A DNA stretch of 64,000 nucleotides from Chiloscyllium plagiosum (lineage: Eukaryota): positions 19,752,117-19,816,116 of the forward strand of contig NC_057750.1 in the NCBI RefSeq assembly GCF_004010195.1, given 5' to 3'. Every line of letters starts with the position of its first letter. Positions within the stretch are counted from its first letter, which is position 1. The position numbers and the translations under genes were made by a program. This document shows positions 50,205 to 63,512 of this stretch, piece by piece. A model generated the notes under the pieces. The model made no database searches, was not told the DNA's origin, and worked only from the letters and a program-made list of their open reading frames with translations.

Positions 50205-51850
50205 TGTATTAAGTCATTTATATGTATCACAAACAGCAGAGACCCCAGTCCAGATCCCTGTAGAACACCAATGCTCATGGAACTCCAGCCAAAAAAATCA
50301 CCTTCAACCACGACCCTTTGCCTTCTATGGGCAAAACAATTCTGAATCTAAGCAACCTAATTACGTGGATGCCGTGCATCATAATCTTCTGGATGAGTCT
50401 AACATGAAGGATCTTACTATAATCCATGTACTATAATCCACTGCGCTATCCTCATTGATCACTTATGTCACCTCGTTGAAAAATTAAATCAAGTTCGTAA
50501 CTCATGAACTGATCCACAGAAAGCTATGTTGACTGTCCCTAATTAGGTCATACTTATTCAGATGTATGTACATCCTGTCCCAAAGAATTCTCTCCAATAG
50601 CTTCCAAATCTCAGCGGTCTGTAGTTTCCTAGATTTCTGTTTCCATTCTTGAACAGACGAATATATGAGCTACTCACCATCCTTCAGGATCTCTCCAGTG
50701 GCGAGCGCCGAGGTGATCAAGGCCCCAACAATCCCTCTCTTGCTTCTTCCAATAACCTAAGATAGATACCTTCTGGCCATGGAGATTTATCCATTTTAAT
50801 GTTCTCCAAGAGACCCAACACTACTACTTTCTTGATTTCAAAATGCCTTAGCGTATTAGCATGCTCCACACTAATCTCACTATCTTCCAAACCCTTCTCT
50901 TGGGTGAATACAATGCAAGATACTCATTTAGAATCTCACGCACATCCTCTAATTCCAAGTACGAGTTTCCTCCTTCATCAATGAATGGTCCTTCCTTTTC
51001 CCTGTTTATTCTCTTACTTTTAATGTATGTACAGAATGCCTTAAGATTCTATTTAATCCTACTTGCTAAGGTCCTTTCATATCCCCTTCTGAGCTATTCT
51101 CCTAATTTCCTGCTTGAGCTCTTTCCTGCTATCTTCATATTCCTCACAGGCACTGTCAAATTTTAGCTTCCTAAACCTTACATATATTTCTTTTTCTTTT
51201 TGACTAAATTCACAACATCCAAGGGTGCCTTATCTTGCTATCCTTTCCTTCCTCCTTTCTGGAACATTGCCAGTCCCAATATTGACTCCCTGGGATTTCT
51301 GCTCTAAACGTTCCTCTAGCTAGAAAAATATCGATTGATCATTACTCTCTCTTTCATTTTAAACTTGGTCAATGTTGGATTCGTGTTGCCACTGCCTCTT
51401 GTATCATGACCTATAGACTTCCTCACAAGTTTGTTGTGTGGAACCTTCTGATAATCCACGTGGACTACATCAATAGCATTGCCCTCATCGAGCTTTTCTG
51501 TCAACTGATCAAAAAGAAACTTGAAGTTAGTTATGCACAATTTCCCCTTGACTTTTCCTCACCAACCCACCTTTTTTTTCAATGTGACGACTAGGTTTAT
51601 CCCAAGTAGTTGTTGCCAGAATCTTCCCCATCACTAGAGTTAAACTGACAAAGCCATAAATGCTGGGATTGGACTTACAAACCTTTGTGGAATAAGGCCG
51701 TATGTTGACAATCCTCAGTCTTGTGGTACCTCCACCGAGACCAAGGGAGTCTGTACTGTTAGGGTCAGTGCCCCCCGAAATTTCTCTTCTGACTTCATTC
51801 AGATTGCTTGGATTATCTCATCCTGTCCTGGTGTCCTACTAGCTCCTAGT
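50205..51850 (-). mobile_element. Degenerate CR1 LINE fragments
   Basis: C.TN...FF...T..LDEGNAIDVV.VD.QK.VPH.KL (51316-51540) and related RT remnants at 50205-51270. Confidence 0.75.
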
Positions 51851-52204
51851 GCCACCATCAAATAGATAGAAAAGGTTTCTTCCAGACTGACTTCTCAATA
51901 TATGTGCACATTAACATTTTGCAGATTAATATTGAAGCTGTTTTTTCGTCAAAACTTTTCTCTCACTGAAAAGATTTAAAAATAAACTTTCATTACTCTC
52001 CAGTACAAAAATTCGAAGTGCCCTCCCCCCTGCGAGCTCGTGAGCAGTCAGTTAAACCGCCACACGTTGAGTTACAGCATCAACCGTCAGGGTAGGCTTT
52101 AGCAGTCATCCGGCTCGGATTCATCAGAAAGTCTGCGAATCTCGTGATTACAGCCAATAGAAAGGCAGGTCCTGCCCAAGGACCGTCATCTGGAGATGAA
52201 AGTG

Positions 52205-52960
52205 GCTGAAAATGAAATCGGTGGAGGAAGTGAGCAGCATCTGTGGAGTTAAAGCAGAGGTAACGTTTAGGATGCAGTGACAGAACTGATAATGGAGCCC
52301 AGAAAGAGAGAGAAGTGCAGTCAGGCAGACAATGGGGCTCGCTAATTGTGAGCATGGAGAAAGGAAAGTTGATCATGGCGTTACAGGTGAAAATGGGGTT
52401 GGCTGTGCCCGAAACAGCCTGTGTTATGACCAGGGCCGGTCTGTGGGTAAAGGACACAGAAGAAGGTCTTGAGGCTTTAAAGTTGTTGAACTCGATATTG
52501 AGCCCTGAAGACTGCAGTGTCCACAAGCAGGAAATTAATTTGTTCTGTTCTTCCAGTTTGCGCTGAACCTTGCTGGAGCCCTGCAGCAGGGCGAGGGAAC
52601 GCGGTGATTTATGGAAATGGCAGGAAACAGGGAAGTTCGGGGCCATTCCTACAAAAGTGTATGGGTCCTGCAAAGGGTTCTCCCGGTCTGTGTCTCATCT
52701 CCCTGGTATAGAGGAGAGCACGTTGTGAGCAGCGAATACAGTAAACCCGATTGAGTGAAGTGCAGGGAAGGTGCTGCTTCACCTTGAAGGTGTGTGTCTC
52801 GGATACTTAGGAGGGAGGAGGTAACCGTAAATGATGGGAAGCTGCCATGGAAGATCGAGTTATAGTGGATGAGGAATGGACCAAGAGGGAACAGTCCCTG
52901 CCGAATGCTGACAAGGGAGGGAAGGAGAACATGTGTCTGGTGGTGGTATCTCGTTGGAGA
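52205..52960 (-). mobile_element. Old PLE GIY-YIG/pLTR fragment
   Basis: PVSCHF..RKLEEQ..I..L.TLQSSGLNIEFNNF (52080-52673); further PLE pieces at ~53230-53390. Confidence 0.7.
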
Positions 52961-54499
52961 TGATGGAAATGGCAACTAATAGTCCTCGGATGCAGTCAGA
53001 AAGCATTCTATTCAGATGCATCAAAGCCTGCATGGCAACTGATGTTCCTAAGACCATGAGAAACAAAGTTGTGAACGCACTTCAGTATATCACGCAAAAC
53101 AGCATTCCACCCATTGATTCCATCCATACTCCCAACAGCCTTGGGAAAGCAATTGACAAATCAAATCAAAGATGTTGGGTGGGGTGTATAGTAAAGATTG
53201 GTGAAATCTTCATCTGAGGTAAAAATGGACATTTCTGAGTCTGCCGCTGGGATTGACAGGGCCATGTCCTATCCATTTTCTGCACTTCATCCACCACCGA
53301 CCCCCTTCTCTTCCCTCCCACAACACCAATAGCATTCCTCTGTCCTCACTTTCCATGTCACAAGCGTCCACATCACCTCCAATGTTGTTGTCTTATGGCC
53401 ACTGGCCAAAGGAGTTCAGACAATTTATTGGCACAATCAATATGACAATAAGGGCTGGAGCAGAGGGAAATTCTCTCAAAGGGTAGTTTTGATCAAGTTA
53501 ACCTTGTAGAAAACAGATCTCATCAGTCCGTCCCTTGAGAGGGTTCTTTATTGAGCAGTCCTTACCAGGTAGATGGAAGATGGACCAAAAGAAGAGGAGG
53601 AAGACCAAGGGAGGAGCTACATACCACCTCAGTAAGAAAGCCCCCATCACTTCAATGAAATTGAAACATTTAAAACATCTGTTTGTCTTCCAGTATCAGT
53701 CACTAATACAAATTGTCAAAGTTGTATACTTTCTCTACCTGATTATCTAATGTGTCATACCTAAACAGTCGCTTCTTTGCAAACTCAATAAACCAAAAGC
53801 CAATTGCTTAAAAATTGTTGACTGCATATATTAGCTAACTGTGAATGCAAACCCCAAAAGAATCAACAATGGTGAATGATTTGGAAAAATTGCATTTGAC
53901 GTAGAGTGAGGCCTTTCTTGCCATTGAGACCAGCAATTCACACTTACTAAGCAAATCCTAAAATGAGATTATTACTAATAAATAGCAAGAGGTCTATAAT
54001 TGGGGACTATTTCTCATTACAATTCTCATCATTACTTAATATCATCTCATTAATACATAGGTTCCTATTCTATCACACACAGAATAGAAACTCAGTGCCG
54101 ACAATTCTCGACAAAAACGTTAGTGGGTACCTGTGACATAAGCTTACCGCTCCTCCAAATATCTAACTTGGACACATGCCAACAACCTCTCAGGGCATGC
54201 TCCATGAGCAACAACCACACACACTGTATCTATAGACACTAGTAACCAACATGTAGCACCTGACACATTCCAGCATTTTTTCATCCATATGAACAGCAAT
54301 GGACCTCTTAGAGCACACGTCTGCATTGCCGTGCTGCTAGGAAAATCTGTGCAAAAGAACATGCACCTCGCACGCAGATTTGACCAGACTATATACCAGA
54401 GTCGAAGATGTGCGGTGCTGGAAAAGCACAGCTGCTCAGGCAGTATCCAAGGAGCAGGAGAATCGACCCTTCGAGCATAAGATCTTCATCAAGAATGAA

Positions 54500-55755
54500 A
54501 GTTTCTCTTCGACTGTATATCAGGACATCAGTTGATGTTTTAGTGCTCACTCAGATGCGCCTTTCTGGTGCCTTGCTTTGCCTTTTTGCGATTTGGTCTC
54601 TCAGCGACATCTTAAATGATTACACAATGTTGTCTTGCCATGACGTTCACAAAAATGCAAGCAACTTCAGCAGCGACTGCAATAAGAAAACAGAGTTATT
54701 ATTTCAAGTCTGGTGAATCTTCATCAGAATGCCAGACCCACTGCATATTTTACAGGAAAGCTTTGACCTACAGGCCTCCTGGAATAGTCACCCTCTCAGG
54801 CTCATATCCTTCCTGATGGACTCAGAAAACATCTTTTTAGAACACATAAGGAAAGTTAAGAGAGATTGGGCAGCCCTGCCTGACTCCAGATCTGATCAGG
54901 AAGCTTTCTGATTCCCACTGAATGATTAAGACTGGACTAACGATGTTGGTGGAGAGCAGTCGGATCCAGTTGGAAATTGTCTCCCCAAAGCCCATTTTGC
55001 AAAGTACAGTCCAAATGAATGTGTGAGATATCCTGAGAAAGCTCTTTGCCTGGTCCAGACATATGCGATAGGCAACCAACAACAAGCAAACACACGCACA
55101 TAACCACCAACCACTCCACCATAGGTGCGTGATGCTGTCTGACACCATCGCGATTGGTACACCACAGGTTTTATCAGGGTCACTCACCAATCGTAGACCA
55201 GACCTGACCCATTCGGAAATTGTCTTACACAGGTTTTGTAGTCTGCCCTCGGCAGTGAAATTGGTCACTTATTTCTGTTGTCCTCCCTCTTCCCCCTTCC
55301 ACTTGTTGATGGGGGTGATATCTTTCCACGTGGATTTCACGTGCTACCTGTCAGAAGCATATGATTGCTATCCTTGTGCATATTCTGGAACAATAAACTT
55401 GAGCATATCTCGTCCTGCTCCGCTATGCACTGGAAGAATATCTTGGAGACTTCCAAGGCAAAGAGTGAGGTTTGCTGGTTCTTCACCTCATGGAGATCCT
55501 CTGTGATGTCGACCCCCATTTCCCGCATCAAGAGAACATTCTGCATGCGTTTTAGGAGTGTGGACAGTTTTGCCTCCCCTTGTCTCTTGCCTATGAACAC
55601 CTTAAGGATAAAGAAACTCTTCATTTTCCCCTTGGCTGTTTCTCAGTAGTTTGGTGGTCTCAAAGAGGGGCTTCACAGTTCTCCAATCTGTGCAATCACT
55701 TTTGAGCTCCTCAATGTTTTCTAGCACCAGCAGTTTCACATTCAGCTTTTATGTG
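54500..55755 (-). mobile_element. L1/Tx1-clade LINE RT fragments (continues ~56415-56650)
   Basis: LDQAKSF.RISH.F.W.VL.KMGFGE...NWIRLL..RSGVRQGCPIS (54837-55060). Confidence 0.75.
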
Positions 55756-55757
55756 TC

Positions 55758-56412
55758 ATAGAACATTACAGCGCAGTACAGATCCTTCGGCCTTCAATGT
55801 TGCGCCGCCCTGACATACTAATCTGAAGCCCATCCCACCTACACTATTCCATGTATGTCCATATGCCTGTCCAATGACGACTTAAATGCACTTAAACTTG
55901 ACGAATCTACTACCATTGCAGGCAAAGCATTCCATACCTTTACTACTCTCTGAGTAAAGAAACTACCTCTGACATCTGTCTTATACCTATCTCCCCTCAC
56001 TTTAAAGTTGTGTCCCCTCGTGTTTGCCGTTCCCATACTTGGAAAAAGGCTCTCCCTGTCCACCCTATCTAACCCTCTGATTATCTTGTATGTCTCTATT
56101 AAGTCACCTCTCAACCTTCTTCTCTCTAACGAGAACAGCCTCAAGGTCCCCAGCCTTTCCTCGTAAGACATTCCTTCCATACCAGGCAACATCCTAGTAA
56201 ATCTCCTCTGGACCCTTTTCAAAGCTTCCACATCCTTCTTATAATGCAGTGACTAGAACTGTACGCAATACTCCAAGTGTGGCCGTACCAGAGCTTTGTA
56301 CAGCTGCAGCATAACCTCCTGGTTCTGGAATTCAATCCCTCTATTAATAAAGGCCAAAACACTGTATGCCTTCTTAACAACCCTGTCAATCTGGGTGGCA
56401 ACTTTCAGGGAT
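55758..56412 (-). mobile_element. HER1/CR1 LINE 3' fragment
   Basis: ORF 55839-56231 RVQRRFTRMLPGM..RRLRGDLIETYKIIRGLDRVD. Confidence 0.92.
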
Positions 56413-56999
56413 CTTGCCGACCCTCACATCATCCTGTAGGTGACAGTTGGCCAGTGGATGTAAGTGGTCAGAGAAGAACACAGGCTTGATGTCTGTAGAT
56501 CTGACCAAGAATGTGCAGGGCACAACCAGGAAAGACAGAAAGACAGCAACACAAAGGTGTTGTCAGTCCACATTGTAAGAGAATAATGCCCGGCAGAGTC
56601 AGGCTTAAACATTACTCTAGGTGTGTAATTCTGTCATTCAAAGCCCATATCGTCCCAAATCCCAGTTCTTGCAGTCACCTTCCAATTCCCTGTACCTGGA
56701 ACACACCTCCCCCGGATGTTAAACACACCAACAGTCATCTTTGTGGAATTAGAGGAGCGTGTGGGAGAACACAAATGGTGTTTGCCTCTTTAAGGCTTTT
56801 GAGGTAAGCGTCCAACCTCAAACAAACAAACACACACACACACACACCACCCTGGTGCGTGAGGCTTTCTGAGATCATCGTGCTTGGTACACCACAGGCT
56901 TAGCCAGGGTTTGCACCTCTCCCTCCCCCACCCTCACTCGACCCAAGCTTGGAACACATAGAGACACAAAAATGAATGAATCCCCAGTGGAGTCTAAAG

Positions 57000-58722
57000 T
57001 CAGTATGAGTATACTCAAGGGAAATCAGGAGGGCAAAATGGGGACATGGGATCGCTTTGACAAATAGGATCACCCGAAGGGACTCTACAAATACATTAAG
57101 GACAAAAGAATACCTGGAGAAAGATTAGGATCCCTGAAAAATCAGAAAGGCAGCCTATTTGTGGAACCGCAGGAGACGGGGGAGATACTAAATGAGTATT
57201 TGGCATCAGTATTTTATGTGGAGAAAGACATGGAAGATAGAGAACATGGGGAAATAGAGAGCGACATCTGTAAAAATGTATGTATTACAGAGGAGGAGGT
57301 AGACATCTTAAAATGCATAAAGGTGGATAAATCCCTGGGACCTGAGGTATACCTGAGAACTCTATGGGAAGCTGGGGAAATGATTGCTAGGTCCCTTGCT
57401 GAAATATTTGCATCATCAGTAGCGAATTTATATCATCAAGTCCCAGAAGACAGGAGGTTGATTAACGTGGTGCCACCATTTAAGGAAGTGATAAGGAAAA
57501 GCTAGGATGTCACTGGTGGGCAAATTACTGGAGGGAATCCTGATGGACTGGATTGACGTATTTGAAAAGGCAAGAACTGACTGGGACAGTTAACATGGCT
57601 TTGTGTATGGGAAATTGTATCTAACTGACTTTACTGAGTTTTTAGAAGTAGCAAAGAGGATTAATGAGGGCAGAGTGCAGGCTTGAAGGAAGAAGAAGGT
57701 GGTTGTGGAGGGTTATTTTTCAGACTGGAGGCCTGCAACCAATTGTGTGCCACAATGCTATGAGCTGGTTTCACAGCTTTTCATCTTTTATATAAATGAT
57801 TTATGTGTGGGCATCAGTATGGTTAATAAATTTGAAGATGACACCAAAATTGGAAATGTAGTGGATAGTAAAGAAGGCCATCTCAGTGTACAATGGGACA
57901 TTGATAAGATGGGTAAATGGGTCAAGGATGGCAGATGGAATTTAATTTAGATAAATATGAAGTGGAGCACTTTGAACAGGCAAATCAATGCAGGATTTAT
58001 ACAATTAATCTGAAGCTCTGGGAAGTGTTGCTGAATAAAGAGATCTTGGAGTGCAAGTTCATATTCCCTTAAAAGTAGTCGTAGATAGACAGGATAGCGA
58101 AGAAAGCATTTGGTATGCTTGTATTTATTTGTCAGTGCATTGAGCAAAGGAATTGAGATGTCACGTTGTAGCTGTACAGGACATTGGTTAAGCCACTTTT
58201 GGAATAGTGCATTCAATTCTGGCCTCCTTGTTACAGGAACAATGTTTTGAAACTTGAAAGGGTGCAGAAATGATTTACAAGGATGTCGCCAGGGTTGTTA
58301 CATTTGAGTTGGAGGGGGAGGCTGAATAGGCTGGAACTATTTGCCCTGGGGTGTTGGTCCTGAGGGATGGTTTATAGAGGCTTATAAAATCATGACGAGT
58401 ATTGAAAGGGTGAATAGTCAAGGTTCTTTTTCCCAGGGTATGGGAGTCCAAAACTAGAGGGTATAGGTTTAAGAAGAAAGGGCAAATAAATTAGAGGGAC
58501 CTAAGCAGCAATTATTTCATACAGAAGATGGTGCATGCATGGAATGAGCAAGTGGTGGAAGCTGGTATAATTGCAATATTTGAAATACATTTGGATAGGT
58601 ACATGAATAGAGAGGGATATGGGCTAAATGCTGGCAAATTGGAGTAGATTTATGTAGGATATCTGGTCAGCATGAATGTGTTGGACCATTGGGTCTGATT
58701 CTGTGTTGTACATCTCTATGAC
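57000..58722 (+). mobile_element. Degenerate CR1 LINE ORF2 and 3' UTR
   Basis: EILNEYLASVF..KVDKSLGP; FYINDL..KFEDDTKIG. Confidence 0.88.
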
Positions 58723-59324
58723 ATTATTTGGTGAATCATTGCAGACATTTCCTATGAATGAGCAATGCACTTCAGATCTGAAATGATTTGTGCTGTTTTG
58801 TTTTCCTTTGGAAGAAATAAACAGCTGATTGTATCCTTTAAAACAATCCCATGTCAACAGATATCCACCAATGAACTATTCTTGATCACATTATAGCTGC
58901 AATCAACATTGTTCACTCTCTCTGTGATGTGAAGCTTCTGTAATTCTGGGGCTGGGATCTTGCTGTGCATTAAAGCAGTCAGTCACGGGCCTGTATGTCC
59001 ACACAGACTCTTTTATCTCTGCCGCAGGGAGTGGGGCTCAGTGCAAAATTGGCCGAAATAAAATTTTGGGGGCACACTTGATTCGGCAAATATTTGGGAG
59101 GGCAAAATATTTGCAGCATATTGGCATAAATTTGGGAGGGGAGTGAAATGGAGGCGAAATATATTTGAGGGTGAAAAGATCAGTGGGAATTTTCAGGTCT
59201 GAAAGAGAGAAAAGAGAGATGCAGAAAGGGTGGGAGAGAGAGAAAGAGGGCGCAACTCACACAGAGAGACAGATTGAGGGAGTGTGCATTGAGAAAGAGG
59301 AACAAAGAGAGAAGGCAGATAGAG

Positions 59325-59658
59325 NNNNNNNNNNNNNNNNNNNNNNNNNNNNNNNNNNNNNNNNNNNNNNNNNNNNNNNNNNNNNNNNNNNNNNNNNNNN
59401 NNNNNNNNNNNNNNNNNNNNNNNNNNNNNNNNNNNNNNNNNNNNNNNNNNNNNNNNNNNNNNNNNNNNNNNNNNNNNNNNNNNNNNNNNNNNNNNNNNNN
59501 NNNNNNNNNNNNNNNNNNNNNNNNNNNNNNNNNNNNNNNNNNNNNNNNNNNNNNNNNNNNNNNNNNNNNNNNNNNNNNNNNNNNNNNNNNNNNNNNNNNN
59601 NNNNNNNNNNNNNNNNNNNNNNNNNNNNNNNNNNNNNNNNNNNNNNNNNNNNNNNNNN
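59325..59658. other. Assembly gap (334 N) flanked by GA-rich simple repeat (~59200-59324, 59659-59845)
   Basis: Run of N; purine-rich flanks. Confidence 0.99.
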
Positions 59659-60402
59659 GATGTGTCTATGACAGAGTTAGGGACAGAGAGAAGGACGGAG
59701 GTGGCTAGGGGGAGAGAGAGGGAGAGAGAGATAGGAGGACAGGGAGGGGGAAGACAGTGAGATGGACAGAGCGAAAAACAGAGTGAAAGAGAGAGAAGGA
59801 CAGAGTGAGATAGAAGGACAGCGAGTGAAAGAGTGAATGAGAAAAGTGCTGTGAATTTGGATGGTTCTGTGAGCTGCTACCCACACTCTTTCCCTCTCTG
59901 ACTGAATCCTTGGGGATTTTCACCCCGTACCACTGCTGTGCAGTGGCGTGGGGAGGCAAGCAGAGGGAGGCACTTTATCAATTTCAACAAAAGGCAGCAT
60001 CATTCCACTGTTTTGACTCTTCACCCACGACAGGAAATTTTTGATCAAGCTGCATTGGAGTAACAGCTCATTGGAATTAGGAAACTTGACACTGGCAAAA
60101 GGAGAGCCGAGCCATCTGTTATCACAAATAATGGAGATGGTGAGAACTGCTGGAGAGTCTTCTGATGTTGCTTGACCTGCTGTGCTTTTTCCAACTCAAC
60201 TGTGTACCCACTTATCACACATAATGCAAGGAATTCATTTGACTGGATATTTTACTATGTTACTGAACTTCACTCTGAACCCAGACAATGCTGCAGAAAT
60301 GAATGTTTGGTGGGTGTGTTCTGATAACATCATGTAACCACCTGCCACAATTTCTCACATCGAAAAAGTGATTTGTGACATTAGTTTCTGGTCTGTCATA
60401 AT

Positions 60403-60680
60403 AGATTAGATTCCCTACAGTATGGACACAGGTCCTTCAGCCCAACAAGTCCACATTGACTCTCCGAAGAGTAACCCACTCAGACCCATTCCCTACCCTA
60501 TGCTTATCCCTGACTAATGCATCCAGCACTATGGGCAATTTAGCATGGCCGATACACCTGACCTGTGCAAGTTTTGGATTGTGGAAGGAAACAGGAGCAT
60601 CCAGAGGAAACCCACGCAGACACGAGGAGAATGCGCAATCTCCACACAGACAGTCATCCGCGGCAGGAATAAAACCCTGC
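60403..60680 (-). mobile_element. Older HE1-like SINE, 5'-truncated
   Basis: Similar to 10651-10850; TCTAATCTA tail. Confidence 0.8.
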
Positions 60681-60935
60681 AAGTTCCCTCCAAGCCAATC
60701 ACCATCCTGTTCCTTGTCGCCTGATCAAAATCCAGGAATTCCCTTCTTAACAACATTGTTAGTCAAACTACAGCACATTATCTGCGCCTCAGCACAGCCT
60801 TCTAAAGGAGGAATTGGGGATGGGTAATAAATGCTGGCCAAGCCAGAGATGCCCACATCCCACGAGTAAATGAACGAAATGTTATTTCATGGTTTGGAAA
60901 TAATAAGACATTTCTATGGACTTCACATGGGAGCT

Positions 60936-61726
60936 TTATTTATTCATAACACAAGGAATGTGTGGCATCAGGTATTTTCCTGCATTACTGATCCTTGCTC
61001 TGAACCTGGACAATGTTGCTGCATAAATAAATGTGTGTGTGCAACAACTTAGGTTCTGCAGCATGTAACCAACTGTACTGAAATTGTATAGAAAAGGTGA
61101 GTAATCATCAGTGTTGATTTCTTGAATGGCATAATATAAGAAGTCTACAACATTGATTAGCCACAGGAGGATAAAGCTCCCAGATATTGTAAAAAGCAAA
61201 ACCACAGATCTCCTGCTCTCCATCTTTCGGTCTCTGCGATTCTTTCCTTTGCTCTCTCCCCTCAGCCTCTTCCTGACTTGACTGGTCACTAAAATGTGTC
61301 TGACTGTCAGAGCATTGAGCAACAGAATTAAAGCAAATGGCAGTAAAGGGGTTAAAACCGTATCAAGCCAACCTAATGCCACCCACCAAGTTTCAGTATA
61401 GTAGCTTGATTTTGCTTCGCAGTAGAATGACACATTGTTGAGTATCCTCAGAGGCTCGAATTGAAAATAGAAAGGGATGATTTTCAGACAGAACAGGATG
61501 CAAGTTGTCGCTAGAAGCACAGTCGCTGTTTTCTCAGTGCAATATTTTATTCTCAGCTTCTGACAACAAATGGTCACAAATCGGTCAAAGGAGAAAGTGA
61601 TGGTGAACCAGACAGAGCAGTCCTTGGCTGCATGACACAGCACTCCAATAATGCTACACGCAGGAGTGATGTCCGGGAAAGACAGCGCATAATAATAATA
61701 GGGAAAGCTCCACAGTATAATCTCAG
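60936..61726 (-). CDS. Open part of the GPR139-like exon 2 (end of TM2 to C-terminus)
   Basis: Stop-free frame containing ORF 60936-61643 with DRF motif and TM3-TM7 hydrophobic segments. Confidence 0.6.
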
Positions 61727-62938
61727 GATAATGAACATCAGATCAGCAGCTGCCATAACCATCAGGTAGCGAGTCGTGCAAGAGGAAACACCACATTTTG
61801 GAGTGCAATTGACAGCAAATTAACTGTGGAAGACAAAAGGGGAAAAGAAACAGTAAATTCCTGGTCAGAATATCCCCATGCCTGTTCCAAAGAGAAACAA
61901 TAAGTTTTTTTTCAACAAAAACTGGCACATTGTGTGAGTGGAAGTCGTTGGGGTTGAGTCAAATTAATTTTTTCGACTTTCACACCAACCTTAGATTGAC
62001 CACCAACCTAAACACTCCAGAAGTTATGGAGCTTGGACAGAGACGCAGCTCACATCCCCTCCTTGGACAGCTGATGAAAATCTGTGATTTTGTTTGGTTG
62101 CAAGGTCCCTACTTTAATGAGTGTAATACATTTACAGTTCTCAGCTGCAACTGTGGCAAGTCCTGAACCCCATTAGAAACCTCGCTCCCAACTCAGTCAT
62201 TGGACTGATGATTAGACTGTCAATAAACCAAACTCTCCACTTCTCTTTGAATCAGGTCATCCTCTGCTTTATGCATTGGACCAAATCCTGATTAAAGCCA
62301 GTACAGGATCAGGGAATAGGTAATCAGAACCTGTGTATGATTTAAAAAAAGACTACTCCATGTATCTTACATAACATAACAGACAGGCCTCCCTTTGTGG
62401 TAATGAGTGAGGGTTAGGACTACTGTGATATTTCCACTGCAAATCTGCACATCTGGGACTTTAATCAGATCACCCCTTAGCCTCAAAAATTCTAGCAAAC
62501 ACAAGCCTCAATTACAGGAATTGCTCATCAGGTCTGTTATCTGTGGGACAGAATGCAGATTTAATATTTCAAGTCTACTGATCCTTCGTCAGAACTTACT
62601 TGCATAACCACTGCTCATACATTCAAACTGTAAAAAACCGGAAGAGGTGACAGAACACCGAGATCAGAAAATGCTGCAGCAACAGTGAAGTTGGGAATCT
62701 CTGTCAATGGACTATTTCACCGAGAATACTACTCAGTGAATTGCTATCATTGCTCAAGTGGCTGAATAAGGCTGAGCAGTCAGTGAGCTAGAGACATTAT
62801 TGTTCAAAAGATAAAACCAAAGAGCAGATCAGCAGCAGATTAAAGGAAGTTCAATTGACACAGTGCCATACCAAAAACACCAATAAAAGCAACGCTGGTG
62901 TAGAATACTTTCTCCACATGATCAATTGGTCGATGCAT
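60936..62938 (-). pseudogene. GPR139/GPR142-like class-A GPCR, two exons (62872-62938; 60936-61823), probable pseudogene
   Basis: Exon 1 MHRPIDHVEKVFYTSVAFIGVF + G|GTATGG donor; acceptor TCTTCCACAG|; VNLLSIA/KCGVSSCTTRYLMVMAAADL/..DCSVWFTITFSFDRFVTICCQKL..LSCCTHTFIYAAT; frameshifts at ~61800 and ~61726. Confidence 0.88.
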
Positions 62939-63025
62939 TTTTCCATGCGAGGTGCTGTGTCCCTTCAGACAGCTGACAAGCTCCTGATTTGAAACTCTAA
63001 GCTGATGCATTCCCAGAACTGCTGC

Positions 63026-63031
63026 TTTATA
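63026..63031 (-). promoter_or_regulatory. Candidate TATA box of the GPCR gene
   Basis: Minus CCAATATAAAGC about 90 bp upstream of the exon-1 ATG. Confidence 0.4.
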
Positions 63032-63219
63032 TTGGGTGGAAGCTTCTCAGGGAGATCGAGGTTGCAGCATTGCTCAGCTTTTGTTGCTGTTTTTCACATT
63101 TCTGTAAATGAATAAACTAAGTGGAACACTGAGTTTAATTCCAATTCTGATGGAGCATTTTTGCACATTACATTATAATGAAGCAACAAAAACTGAATCT
63201 GGAATCTGCCAGCAATAAC

Positions 63220-63512
63220 TGGACTGTTAATTCAGATACCCAGGTGACATTCTCGGTACCTGGGCTCGAATCCCGCCATGGCAGATGGTGGAATTTAAAT
63301 TGAATAAATTTCTAGAATAAAGAATCCAATAATGACCATGAATCCATTGTCAGAAAAAACCCCATCTCGTTCGTTAATGTCCATAAGGGAAGGAAACTGC
63401 TTTCCTCACCTAGTCTGGCCTACATGTGACTCCAGATCCACACAATGTGGTTGACTCTTAACTGCCCCCGGGCAATTAGGGATGGCAATAAATGCTGCCT
63501 AGTCAGAGACAC
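63220..63512 (+). mobile_element. tRNA-derived SINE (second family)
   Basis: B-box-like GGCTCGAATCCC at ~63262-63273; shared body/tail with 46985-47322. Confidence 0.75.

Noticed and set aside
59165..59708. Long ORFs across 59165-59708
   Set aside because: Artefacts of the N gap and GA-rich repeat.
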